Below, piece by piece: positions 27,743 to 36,705 of a stretch of DNA of 64,000 nucleotides. A program made the position numbers and the translations under genes. The stretch lies in the NCBI GenBank assembly GCA_002329205.1, contig DCTC01000001.1:18530-82529 (forward strand), read 5' to 3'. The first letter of the stretch is position 1, and the number at the start of each line of letters is the position of its first letter. Source of the stretch: Candidatus Roizmanbacteria bacterium UBA1450 (GTDB lineage Bacteria; Patescibacteriota; Microgenomatia; UBA1406; GWC2-37-13). The notes beneath the pieces were generated by a model. It was not told the DNA's origin. It was given only the letters and a program-made list of their open reading frames with translations, and did not search any database.

Positions 27743-29650
27743 ATGAAAAGACAGATAGCATTTATCAGCGAACATGCATCTCCGCTTGCTGCGCTAGGAG
27801 GTGTGGACAGCGGAGGTCAAAATGTATACGTAGCGCAAGTTGCCAGACATCTCTCCAATCTGGGTTATCAAATTGATATGTACACCCGTTGGGATGATCC
27901 ATCTATGCCGCAAATAGTCAATTGGAGCCCTGGAGTCCGCGTTATTCATATAGAAGCCGGACAGAAATCATTTATCCCCAAAGAACAAATGCTTCCTCTT
28001 ATGGATGCATTCACAAAGAATATGCTTTCATTCATGGAATGCGAAGAAATTGAATACAAACTCATCCATGCGCATTTTTTTATGTCAGGACTTGTGGCTG
28101 CAAACATAAAAAAAAGAAAAGGTATTCCGTATGTTATTACATTTCATGCATTGGGTGAGGTACGAAAAAAATTCCAAGGTGAAGCAGATCATTTTCCTCC
28201 GGAGCGATATGACGTCGAAAAGAAAGTCGCGTTTGAAGCAGATAAAGTTATTGCCGAATGCCCTCAGGATAGAGAAGATTTGATCAATCTGTATGATGTC
28301 AATCCAGACAAAATTATAATGATCCCGGCAGGATTTAGTCCGCATGAATTTTATCCAATTGATCAGCTCGTCGCACGCAATGTACTCGGACTTGATCCGA
28401 AAGAACATATCATTCTTCAACTCGGCCGTATGGTACCGCGAAAAGGCGTTGAGAATGTTATCCGAGGAGTACACAGCCTCATTGTGAAGCATGATATGTC
28501 GGCACGTTTGCTGATAGTTGGAGGTGAATCCGATGATGCCGACCCGAAAAAAACACCTGAGATCAAACGATTGTTGCATATAGCACAAGAGCTTGAAATA
28601 GAAAACCATATCACTTTTGTCGGAAGACGTGACCGCAATCAATTAAAGTACTACTACGCTGCATCAGATGTTTTTGTCACAACTCCCTGGTATGAACCGT
28701 TCGGTATCACACCCCTTGAAGCAATGGCTTGCGGTATACCGGTCGTCGGTGCGCGGGTAGGGGGTATCAAATATTCAATACGCGAAGGGAAAACCGGTTA
28801 TCTGGTCTCCCCTGAGAACCCCGAAGAACTGAGCGAAAGACTCAGAGACATACTCTCAAACCCTCAGTTAAAACTGTTTTTTAAGCAAAATGCAATTGAA
28901 CGTGCAAACAGTTTGTTTACCTGGGCCAATATAGCGCATAGCATGTCCAGGCTTTATGAAGAAATTGTTTCTCTTACAGACATTTCTGTAGAGGATACGA
29001 TGTCACTCATAGAACACAATTTTGAACAGTTGATTGAGTCAGCCAATCTTTCAAGAGAACTTCTGCAAATCCCGATCGCAGATGCCGCTCATACTGTAGC
29101 ACATGCCCTGTCCCGAGGGAAAAAACTGCTTGCATGCGGCAACGGCGGCAGTGCGACTGATGCTCAGCATTTTGTCGGAGAGCTTGTCGGCCGCTTTCAA
29201 ATAGACGGAAGAAAGGCGTTGCCTGCTCTTGCTCTCAATGCAGACCCGGCTATTATCACAGCCTGGGCAAATGATTACTCCTACGATGATGTCTATGCAC
29301 GTCAGGTAGAAGCGCATGGTTCGCCCGGAGATATCTTTATGGGTATCAGCACAAGCGGAAGTTCCCGCAATATCATCAGAGCCTTTCGCCGAGCGCGAGA
29401 ACGGGGACTTATCACCATCGCACTTCTCGGCAAACAAGGAGGTCCTGCTCGAAATCTTGCCGACATTGCGATCGTTGTTCCATCGCTTGATACCACTCGC
29501 ATTCAGGAGATTCATATAAATATTATTCATACTCTTTGTGAAGTGATCGAACGGAAAATCATGTCAGAACAACTAGATGTCGAATCGTCTGTCCAAACAC
29601 TCAATCTATTTTCAGGAAGCTACAATCCCATACGACAAACACATTATTAA
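27743..29650 (+). CDS. GT4 (MshA-like) glycosyltransferase fused to GmhA phosphoheptose isomerase (SIS)
   Basis: DSGGQNVYV, YEPFGITPLEAMACG; C-terminal CGNGGSATDAQH, ND.SYD.VYARQV, GISTSGSS, RIQEIH. Confidence 0.92.
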   Translation: MKRQIAFISEHASPLAALGGVDSGGQNVYVAQVARHLSNLGYQIDMYTRWDDPSMPQIVNWSPGVRVIHIEAGQKSFIPKEQMLPLMDAFTKNMLSFMECEEIEYKLIHAHFFMSGLVAANIKKRKGIPYVITFHALGEVRKKFQGEADHFPPERYDVEKKVAFEADKVIAECPQDREDLINLYDVNPDKIIMIPAGFSPHEFYPIDQLVARNVLGLDPKEHIILQLGRMVPRKGVENVIRGVHSLIVKHDMSARLLIVGGESDDADPKKTPEIKRLLHIAQELEIENHITFVGRRDRNQLKYYYAASDVFVTTPWYEPFGITPLEAMACGIPVVGARVGGIKYSIREGKTGYLVSPENPEELSERLRDILSNPQLKLFFKQNAIERANSLFTWANIAHSMSRLYEEIVSLTDISVEDTMSLIEHNFEQLIESANLSRELLQIPIADAAHTVAHALSRGKKLLACGNGGSATDAQHFVGELVGRFQIDGRKALPALALNADPAIITAWANDYSYDDVYARQVEAHGSPGDIFMGISTSGSSRNIIRAFRRARERGLITIALLGKQGGPARNLADIAIVVPSLDTTRIQEIHINIIHTLCEVIERKIMSEQLDVESSVQTLNLFSGSYNPIRQTHY

Positions 29651-29664
29651 TTCTGTCTATTGTT

Positions 29665-30378
29665 ATGAACAACTTGAAAGGAAAAACAGCTTTGGTTACC
29701 GGAGGTAGCCAGGGACTAGGAGAACAGATTACACGTGTACTTGCAAATTCAGGTGTCCAAGTCGTTATTGGAGATATACAGGAAGATAAAGCACGTGAAC
29801 TATCTCAAACCATTGAGTATGTATCTGCTGTAAAACTTGATGTGAGTCGTGAAGACAATGTCAAAGAAGTTATCGAACGGATTGTAAAAATGCACGGAAA
29901 GCTGGATATCGTCGTCAACAATGCCGGTATTGATGTGACCAAATCAGTTGAAGACCTTTCTGTCGGGGAGTTTGAGCTGGTGGTGAAAGTAAACCTCATC
30001 GGTCCGTTTCTTGTCTCCAAATATGCTCTTGCGGAGATGAAAAAGAAGAAGAAAGGACATATTGTCAATATCGCGTCAACGGCAGCGAAACGTTCCTGGG
30101 CCAATGCATCCGCTTATCATGCGAGTAAATGGGGGCTTCTCGGTATGAGCCATGGCATGTATGTGGAAGCACGTGAACAGAATATAAAAGTATCAGCAGT
30201 TGTTGCTGGCGGCATGAGAACGCCGTTTATTCTTGAACGCTTTCCAGACACGCCACTGGATAAATTACAGGACCCCAGAAACGTAGCAGAGACTGTGAAG
30301 TTTGTCCTCATGCAGCCTGAGGAGACAATTATACCGGAAGTTATGGTACTACCGCTGATGGAATCCTCATGGCCATAA
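29665..30378 (+). CDS. SDR-family oxidoreductase
   Basis: TGGSQGLG, NNAG, YHASK catalytic motif. Confidence 0.93.
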   Translation: MNNLKGKTALVTGGSQGLGEQITRVLANSGVQVVIGDIQEDKARELSQTIEYVSAVKLDVSREDNVKEVIERIVKMHGKLDIVVNNAGIDVTKSVEDLSVGEFELVVKVNLIGPFLVSKYALAEMKKKKKGHIVNIASTAAKRSWANASAYHASKWGLLGMSHGMYVEAREQNIKVSAVVAGGMRTPFILERFPDTPLDKLQDPRNVAETVKFVLMQPEETIIPEVMVLPLMESSWP

Positions 30379-30425
30379 GAAGGTTTAGGCGGTAGTTACT
30401 AGTTATTATAAACATATTGGAAACT

Positions 30426-30974
30426 ATGAACAAAGCAATTTTTATTGACAAGGACGGAACACTCATCAAAGACATTCCATACAATATCAATCCTGAGAAA
30501 ATGAAACTCAATCCGGGTGCAGTGGATTTGCTGCGATATGCCCAAAAAAAAGGTTACAAGATCATTATTATTTCGAATCAGTCAGGAGTCGCAAGAGGAT
30601 TATTTAAAGAAAATGAGCTCAAAAAGGCCATAGCACGTCTTGAAAAACTGCTCAATAAAAGACATATTTCCATCGATGATTTTTTGTACTGTCCGCACCA
30701 CCCGGAAGGCAAAATAATAGATTATGCATTTTCTTGTGATTGCCGTAAACCGTCACCAGGCTTAATTATGAAGGCAAAAACCAAATATAACATTGACACA
30801 TCTCAGTCATGGATGATAGGAGATATCCTCAACGATATTGAGGCCGGAAATAATGCTGGCTGTTATACGGCGCTTGTCCACAACGGAGGTGAAACAATTT
30901 GGGAAACAGGGAACGCAACGAGACTACCTCATGTGATCGTATCACGTCTTGATCAATTGATAAAAATTATTTAG
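30426..30974 (+). CDS. gmhB: D,D-heptose-1,7-bisphosphate phosphatase (HAD-IIIA)
   Basis: FIDKDGTL, SNQSGVARG, CPHHP...CDCRKPSPG, MIGD. Confidence 0.88.
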   Translation: MNKAIFIDKDGTLIKDIPYNINPEKMKLNPGAVDLLRYAQKKGYKIIIISNQSGVARGLFKENELKKAIARLEKLLNKRHISIDDFLYCPHHPEGKIIDYAFSCDCRKPSPGLIMKAKTKYNIDTSQSWMIGDILNDIEAGNNAGCYTALVHNGGETIWETGNATRLPHVIVSRLDQLIKII

Positions 30975-30986
30975 CTATTTTCGATT

Positions 30987-32471
30987 ATGGCCACTTACCA
31001 ACATATTCTCAATAAATTTCATGATCTGAAGGTACTTGTTATCGGCGAAATGATGCTCGACTGTTATTTTAAAGGGACTTCTCAGCGTTTAAGCCGTGAA
31101 GCTCCTGTTCCAATCGTCGATCTCAAGGAAAAAGTTGATGTTCCAGGAGGAGCTGCCAATACGGCGCTCAACGTTGCTGCATTGGGGGCTCAAACATTTT
31201 TTCTCTCTGCAGGAGGAGATGATTATGAAGGAAACAAAATTCGCATGCAGCTTTCCGAAAAAAACGTTGATGTGAAGGGGGTTTATTTTGAAAATAAGCG
31301 TGAAACTATGACTAAAAAACGAATTATTTCAGATGATCAGCTATTGCTCCGGTATGACAACGGGTCAATGGGTAGAATTTCCAAAGATACGGAAATTCGC
31401 ATCATCCATTATCTGGACCAAAAATTCAAATTATTTGATGTCATCATTCTTTCAGACTATGATTACGGTATCTTTACTGACAATATCATTCGCCTGATCG
31501 CTTCGCTGCAAGATAAATATCACAAAGTGCTCATACTGGACTCAAAAAAACTAAGCCGGTTCAAACAAATTGAACTGACTGCAGTAAAACCCAACTATGA
31601 ACAGGTTGTTGAGCTATTGAACATTCAGCCTGTTCAGGAACATCGAGTAGATCAAATTCTCCAGCACGGCACAGATATTTTCGACCATGTACATACTCGG
31701 ATTGCCGCGTGTACCATTGATATCGACGGATGTGTTGTTTATGAACGTCACGCAAAACCGACAATCGTTCCGACCACTCCTATGCCCAACGCGAACGCTT
31801 CGGGCGCAGGAGATACGTTTGTGAGTGCTCTTTCCTTGGCTCTCGGTGCGGGTGCGCCCACACCTGAAGCGGCTATGATTGCATCTGCCGCGTCTTCAGT
31901 CGTCGTACAGCGGGATGGAACTACTCAATGTTCTTTTCATGAACTTGAAAAGAAACTGACTCCCCATAAAAAAATCGTATATAACATTGATGATCTTCAA
32001 CTTCTTGTACATCTGTACCGAAAAGAACAAAAGAAGATACTCTTTACCAACGGTTGTTTTGATATTATTCATTCCGGTCATATTTCATTTTTGAAAGAAG
32101 CAAAAACGATGGGAGATATCCTTATAGTCGGACTAAATGATGATGCAAGCGTCAAAGAAGTAACAGGCTATTTTCCTGAACATCCGATCGAAAAAAGAAT
32201 TGAAGTGCTAAAACAGCTCAATATTATTGATCATATCATTCCATTTCACGAGTCCATGCCTTCCGAACTTATAGCAGCAATCCGTCCGGATGTTTTTGTA
32301 AAAGGAGGAAATTACACAACAGAAGACATACCTGAAAGATCAATCGTTAAAAAATATAAGGGCGAAATCAAAATATTGCGCTTTCACACCGGCAAAAAGC
32401 AAACCGGATCGCGACCGGAAATGTTGCACTCCCAAATAAGCAAATTTCCGATTTCCCCCTTCCTTTTGTAA
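30987..32471 (+). CDS. hldE: Bifunctional heptose-7-P kinase/adenylyltransferase HldE (RfaE)
   Basis: RLSREAPVP, PGGAANTA, LSDY..G, KPN, GAGDT; C-terminal FTNGCFDIIHSGH. Confidence 0.9.
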   Translation: MATYQHILNKFHDLKVLVIGEMMLDCYFKGTSQRLSREAPVPIVDLKEKVDVPGGAANTALNVAALGAQTFFLSAGGDDYEGNKIRMQLSEKNVDVKGVYFENKRETMTKKRIISDDQLLLRYDNGSMGRISKDTEIRIIHYLDQKFKLFDVIILSDYDYGIFTDNIIRLIASLQDKYHKVLILDSKKLSRFKQIELTAVKPNYEQVVELLNIQPVQEHRVDQILQHGTDIFDHVHTRIAACTIDIDGCVVYERHAKPTIVPTTPMPNANASGAGDTFVSALSLALGAGAPTPEAAMIASAASSVVVQRDGTTQCSFHELEKKLTPHKKIVYNIDDLQLLVHLYRKEQKKILFTNGCFDIIHSGHISFLKEAKTMGDILIVGLNDDASVKEVTGYFPEHPIEKRIEVLKQLNIIDHIIPFHESMPSELIAAIRPDVFVKGGNYTTEDIPERSIVKKYKGEIKILRFHTGKKQTGSRPEMLHSQISKFPISPFLL

Positions 32472-32526
32472 CAAGATTTATTATTTTCCACTACAATAGA
32501 AATATATCTATCAATTTCTCAATACT

Positions 32527-33036
32527 ATGGAGGATAAAATTATTACGGATTGGGATTATGCAGCCAACCTGATTTACAATTTTCGATCAATAAATAAAGA
32601 AATTGTATTTACAAATGGAGTTTTTGACATTATTCATCCGGGACATGTTGCTTATTTACAACAGGCACGGGAATTGGGGGATGTACTGGTAGTTGGAGTC
32701 AATACGGATGAAAGCGTCAGGCAATTCAAAGATCCAAGACGGCCAATCAACACACTCAAACAACGGATGACTGTGCTTGCGGGTCTCTCCATGGTCAGCT
32801 ATGTAGTTCCATTCGGAGAACCAACTGCCGTGGAAATTATCGGAGCACTCAAGCCGACTGTATATGTCAAAGGAGGGGATTATAAGGAGGAAGATATTCC
32901 AGAAGCGGCAACAGTGAGACAGCTTGAAGGTACTGTGAAGATACTTCCGTACAATAGCGAATTCTCAACAACTCAAATTATTAATACTATCCTGCAAAAA
33001 TATTCGAATGCACAGCCAGTGGAGCAGACACAATAA
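32527..33036 (+). CDS. Stand-alone heptose-1-P adenylyltransferase (RfaE domain II/HldC)
   Basis: FTNGVFDIIHPGH, VGVNTDESV, RPIN, VKGGDY, FSTT. Confidence 0.9.
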   Translation: MEDKIITDWDYAANLIYNFRSINKEIVFTNGVFDIIHPGHVAYLQQARELGDVLVVGVNTDESVRQFKDPRRPINTLKQRMTVLAGLSMVSYVVPFGEPTAVEIIGALKPTVYVKGGDYKEEDIPEAATVRQLEGTVKILPYNSEFSTTQIINTILQKYSNAQPVEQTQ

Positions 33037-34114
33037 CATCCTTATCGTTCGCCCTGACAATATGGGTGACGTATTGATGTCCACTCCGGCGATACATGCA
33101 TTCAAACAATCATTCCCTGCAAGCAAATTGACTCTCCTTACCTCACAGGCTGGATTTGCTGCCGCCCCGATTCTTGCTGATATTGATGATTATATTGTTT
33201 TTGATCTTCCCTGGGTTGCCAATGAGAACGCCATCACGGTACACGGGATCAATACACTTATCAGCGACCTGAAAAGGAAACAGTTTGATGCAGCAATTAT
33301 ATTTACAGTATACAGTCAGAGTCCGTTGCCGACAGCTATGCTTTGCTATCAGGCAGGGATAAAACATATCGTAGCTTATTGTCGCGAAAATCCCTATGCT
33401 CTTATTTCTCACTGGATTCCTGATCGCGAACCATTGTATGAAATTCAGCATCAGGTGATACGGGATATAAATCTGGTCAAATCAATAGGTGCCCGATCTC
33501 GTGATACAAAGCTACGGATTTCGATTCCGGAATATGCTCAATCAGAGATTCACCGGTTTCTTGCCGAGCACGACATTGATACCACCAAACCGTGGCTCGT
33601 CATGCATCCCGGAGTGAGCGAAAAACGTCGGCAGTACCCGATCGAACAATTTGCTCTAGTCGGCAGGTTATTAAAGGAGAAACTCAATTTTCAACTGGTC
33701 TTAACCGGTACCAAATCAGAAAAAAAATTGCTCAAAACCATGGCAGGAGTTATCGGTTCTCCTGTTGCAATAGCAGATAATCTGTCAATGGAACTTTTTG
33801 CAGCACTAATTAAACAAACGAATTGCCTGATTGCCAACAATACCGGACCTGTACATATTGCAGCAGCGGCACAAACCCCTGTTGTTGTGTTATATGCGTT
33901 GACAAATCCTCAACATTTGCCATGGAAAACCCCTTATCGAGCGCTCCTTTTTGATGTCCCGGAAGAAAAAAAAAGTAACAATATCCTGCTTCAATACACC
34001 TATGATCGCTATTTTAAAAAAATTCACACCCCAACTCCTGAAATGATCGTCCAAGCAGTACAGAATCTCTTGAAAGGCAAGTCGGACGTACAGAAACAAG
34101 TAATCGAACTGTAA
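33008..34114 (+). CDS. Glycosyltransferase family 9 (heptosyltransferase-like)
   Basis: RPDNMGDVLMSTPA, HPGVS..RRQYP, IANNTGPVHIAAA.QTPVV. Confidence 0.92.
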   Translation: MHSQWSRHNNILIVRPDNMGDVLMSTPAIHAFKQSFPASKLTLLTSQAGFAAAPILADIDDYIVFDLPWVANENAITVHGINTLISDLKRKQFDAAIIFTVYSQSPLPTAMLCYQAGIKHIVAYCRENPYALISHWIPDREPLYEIQHQVIRDINLVKSIGARSRDTKLRISIPEYAQSEIHRFLAEHDIDTTKPWLVMHPGVSEKRRQYPIEQFALVGRLLKEKLNFQLVLTGTKSEKKLLKTMAGVIGSPVAIADNLSMELFAALIKQTNCLIANNTGPVHIAAAAQTPVVVLYALTNPQHLPWKTPYRALLFDVPEEKKSNNILLQYTYDRYFKKIHTPTPEMIVQAVQNLLKGKSDVQKQVIEL

Positions 34115-34198
34115 ATAGCTCGATCATACGTTGCCGCCGAACCCAAACAACGACTACCTGCTACGCACTTTATATGGTAAAATAGTGAATCAAATATC

Positions 34199-34272
34199 GG
34201 GCGTATAGCTCAGTTGGCTAGAGCGTTACATTGACATTGTAAAGGTCTCAGGTTCAAGTCCTGATACGCCCA
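34199..34272 (+). tRNA. tRNA-Val(GAC)
   Basis: GGGCGTATAGCTCAGTTGGCTAGAGCG-TTACA-TTGACAT-TGTAA-AGGTCTCAGGTTCAAGTCCTGATACGCCCA. Confidence 0.95.
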
Positions 34273-34423
34273 CACCGCCATATACCTTAATGTGTTACTA
34301 TCATACAAAGCAGTCTCAGGTTTCCCGATTCGCTTTGCTTCTCGGGATCTGTTTTCCGTAAGCCGATTCCCCAAAACAATTTGAATCAGCAACGGCAAAC
34401 TTGACACGTCCTGATACGCCCAC
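34258..34423 (+). repeat. 16-bp direct repeat of the tRNA-Val 3' end (att-like)
   Basis: GTCCTGATACGCCCAC at 34258-34273 and 34408-34423. Confidence 0.85.
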
Positions 34424-34431
34424 TATTCATT

Positions 34432-34650
34432 ATGGAATATACTCCAAACAGCCATGAAGATCAGATTCTGCTTCTCAGATACCAGATGATTCTCATGCAG
34501 CTTGCAGGTATGTCCCAGCACCCAGGTTTCTCATTTCTTGAGACCACCGAAGAGAGAGATCCTATTGCCGATGCATGGGAACAGGCTGACCATCTCAAAA
34601 ATGAGCTTGACAAGAGGGGTATTACAATACCTGATTCTGATATACTATAA
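34432..34650 (+). CDS. Small hypothetical protein
   Basis: 72-aa ATG ORF filling the gap before trpS. Confidence 0.5.
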   Translation: MEYTPNSHEDQILLLRYQMILMQLAGMSQHPGFSFLETTEERDPIADAWEQADHLKNELDKRGITIPDSDIL

Positions 34651-34655
34651 CTGCT

Positions 34656-35669
34656 ATGTCCAAACGCATTCTTTCCGGTATTACTCCAAGTTCAGAAAAA
34701 GGCCTACACTTAGGCAATTTTTTGGGTGCTGTAACACCACATCTTGAGTTTCAGGGTCAAGGGGAATGCTTTTATTTTATCGCTAACCTCCACGCACTGA
34801 ACAATGTTTTTGATCCCGAACAGGTACAAAATAATACGCTCAACATCTTCATCGAGTATCTTGCCTTTGGTCTTGATCCTCAAAAAACGACATTCTACAT
34901 TCAAAGCGATATTCCTGCTATTCCATACCTTCAAACCATTCTCAATAATGCAGTTACCGTAGCAGAACTACAGAGAATGCATGCTTATAAGGACAAACTT
35001 CAGAATGATGTATCACAGGACGCGATTAATTTCGGACTTTTCTCATATCCCGTACTGATGTCTGCTGATATTCTTCTGTTCAAGCCCGATATTATCCCTG
35101 TGGGTGAAGATCAAACGCAGCATGTAGAAATTTGCCGGGATATTGCCAGATCCTTTAATACGCGCTACGGAAATGTCCTGAAAGTACCTGAGCTCTATGT
35201 CAAAAAGGATGTTGCCCGAGTGCCCGGTATCGATGGTAAACGGAAAATGAGTAAATCTCTGGGAAATGATATACCGATATTTGCTGACGAACAGATTGTC
35301 AAAAAACAGATTATGGCTATCACCACCGATCCGGCTCGCATTCATCCCACAGATCCAGGCAACCCGGAGAAGAATGTCGCATTTAGCTTTATGCGTTTAC
35401 TCGAATATAACACTATCAAATCAGATACCATGCCGACACTTGAAGATATGGAAGAACGGTACCGTTCAGGCACGATAGGAGATGTCGAAATCAAGAAAAC
35501 CTTATTTACCGTATTTATGGAACGCTTTAGTGAAATAAGAAAGAAGAAAGAAGAATTGAAGCACAATATGGATTATATTATCGAGCTGCGGAAAAAAGGT
35601 GCTATACGGGCCAACGAAATTGCCGAAAAAACGATAGAAGAAGTCAAAGCAGCTGTCGGAGTGTTATAA
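34656..35669 (+). CDS. trpS: Tryptophan--tRNA ligase
   Basis: ILSGITPS, HLGN (HIGH), YPVLMSADIL, VGEDQ.QH.E, KMSKS. Confidence 0.96.
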   Translation: MSKRILSGITPSSEKGLHLGNFLGAVTPHLEFQGQGECFYFIANLHALNNVFDPEQVQNNTLNIFIEYLAFGLDPQKTTFYIQSDIPAIPYLQTILNNAVTVAELQRMHAYKDKLQNDVSQDAINFGLFSYPVLMSADILLFKPDIIPVGEDQTQHVEICRDIARSFNTRYGNVLKVPELYVKKDVARVPGIDGKRKMSKSLGNDIPIFADEQIVKKQIMAITTDPARIHPTDPGNPEKNVAFSFMRLLEYNTIKSDTMPTLEDMEERYRSGTIGDVEIKKTLFTVFMERFSEIRKKKEELKHNMDYIIELRKKGAIRANEIAEKTIEEVKAAVGVL

Positions 35670-35692
35670 AATCTTATCATTTGAATGCTCTT

Positions 35693-35899
35693 ATGCAACA
35701 AACATACACCTGTCCGAAGTGCTCCAACACCTCATTTTCGACGGAAGAAATCCGTGTTTCAGGCGGAGTTTTGAGCAGTATTTTCGATGTAGAAAATAAA
35801 GCATACACTGCGATTATCTGCACAAAATGCAAATTCACTGAATTTTATCAGGCAACTCGCGGAGAACTGGGAAAAATTCTGGACTTTTTTACTACCTAA
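35693..35899 (+). CDS. Small zinc-ribbon protein
   Basis: CPKC...FDVENK.Y...CTKCKFTEFY...ILDFF. Confidence 0.85.
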   Translation: MQQTYTCPKCSNTSFSTEEIRVSGGVLSSIFDVENKAYTAIICTKCKFTEFYQATRGELGKILDFFTT

Positions 35900-35966
35900 A
35901 ATTCTACTGTTCCTTCTGCCATAAATAGCAGATGATTTTGTAACGAAAATTTTTTATTATTACCAT

Positions 35967-36482
35967 ATGATATCTCCGTCAAGTAATCGAGGTTTTACGC
36001 TCATTGAAATGATTATTGTCATTATCATACTCGGTATTTTAGTCACAGTCGGTTCCGCATCGTATCGGGGCGTTGTTGAAGAAGCACGGAGATCTGAAGC
36101 ACGGAGGAATCTGGATGATATAAAAAAAGCAATTGAAACGGCACGTGTTAAAAGCGGAAAAAGACTCAATCAGATCACCGGCAGCAACTGCAGTTTTTGC
36201 ACTGCCTGCGGAGGAGACCTTCGGGATGTACCTGACACGCATGAATGTGTTGTCCGGTGGAATCGGCTACTGACAAATGTATCGGCAGATGGCTATGGAA
36301 ATATTTCAAAATTTAAAAGAGATCCCTGGGGAAGTCCGTATGTAATTGATGAAAATGACGGTGAGTATGTCACAAATCCTTGCAGACGGGACTGGATAGG
36401 AAGTGTCGGACCTGACGGCACATACGGCACGTCAGATGATATCATAATCCGCTTTACCATGATCCACCCTGATTGTTATTAA
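35967..36482 (+). CDS. Type IV pilin/GspG-like pseudopilin, Cys-rich
   Basis: RGFTLIEMIIVIIILGIL, DPWGSPY, SVGPDG...DDI. Confidence 0.9.
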   Translation: MISPSSNRGFTLIEMIIVIIILGILVTVGSASYRGVVEEARRSEARRNLDDIKKAIETARVKSGKRLNQITGSNCSFCTACGGDLRDVPDTHECVVRWNRLLTNVSADGYGNISKFKRDPWGSPYVIDENDGEYVTNPCRRDWIGSVGPDGTYGTSDDIIIRFTMIHPDCY

Positions 36483-36501
36483 TCTGAATAAGATACTTAA
36501 G

Positions 36502-36529
36502 TTGACATATCCATTCAGAGTGATACAAT
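36502..36529 (+). promoter_or_regulatory. Sigma70 promoter of the thrS operon leader
   Basis: TTGACA (36502-36507), 16 nt, TACAAT (36524-36529) with an upstream TG. Confidence 0.75.
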
Positions 36530-36536
36530 TGAACTA

Positions 36537-36584
36537 ATGTTTCTAACTAGTAAAATTATCACCGCTACCATTTGTATCCGCTAA
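36537..36584 (+). CDS. Thr/Ile-rich leader peptide MFLTSKIITATICIR (thrL-like)
   Basis: 15 codons with 3 Thr and 4 Ile, overlapping attenuator segment 1; ATG at the predicted TSS. Confidence 0.75.
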   Translation: MFLTSKIITATICIR

Positions 36585-36640
36585 GTCGGAGGGTAGTTCG
36601 GTGATTTTCTGAGAACCCTCCGCAAGGAGGGCTTTTTTTT
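36558..36640 (+). promoter_or_regulatory. Transcription attenuator (1:2, 2:3, 3:4 stems)
   Basis: ATCACCG/CGGTGAT, CTACC/GGTAG and TCCG/CGGA (1:2); CGGAGGGT/ACCCTCCG (2:3); CCCTCC-GCAA-GGAGGG plus T8 (3:4). Confidence 0.8.
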
Positions 36641-36705
36641 ATGAAACGATATACTATCTTTTACCAATTTCACACAGATTGTTATATACAATTAATTTTT
36701 ACCGT

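Noticed and set aside
16988..34114. Interpreting the GT9/heptose genes as a standard LPS core locus
   Set aside because: No waaA/kds/lpx/hldD genes in the window and the context points to a lineage without LPS; not fully excludable without the rest of the genome
34210..34407. 65-aa minus-strand ORF
   Set aside because: Antisense to tRNA-Val, no protein features
36530..36700. T-box riboswitch upstream of thrS
   Set aside because: The leader is too short for stem I and no T-box consensus is visible; leader-peptide attenuation explains the structure
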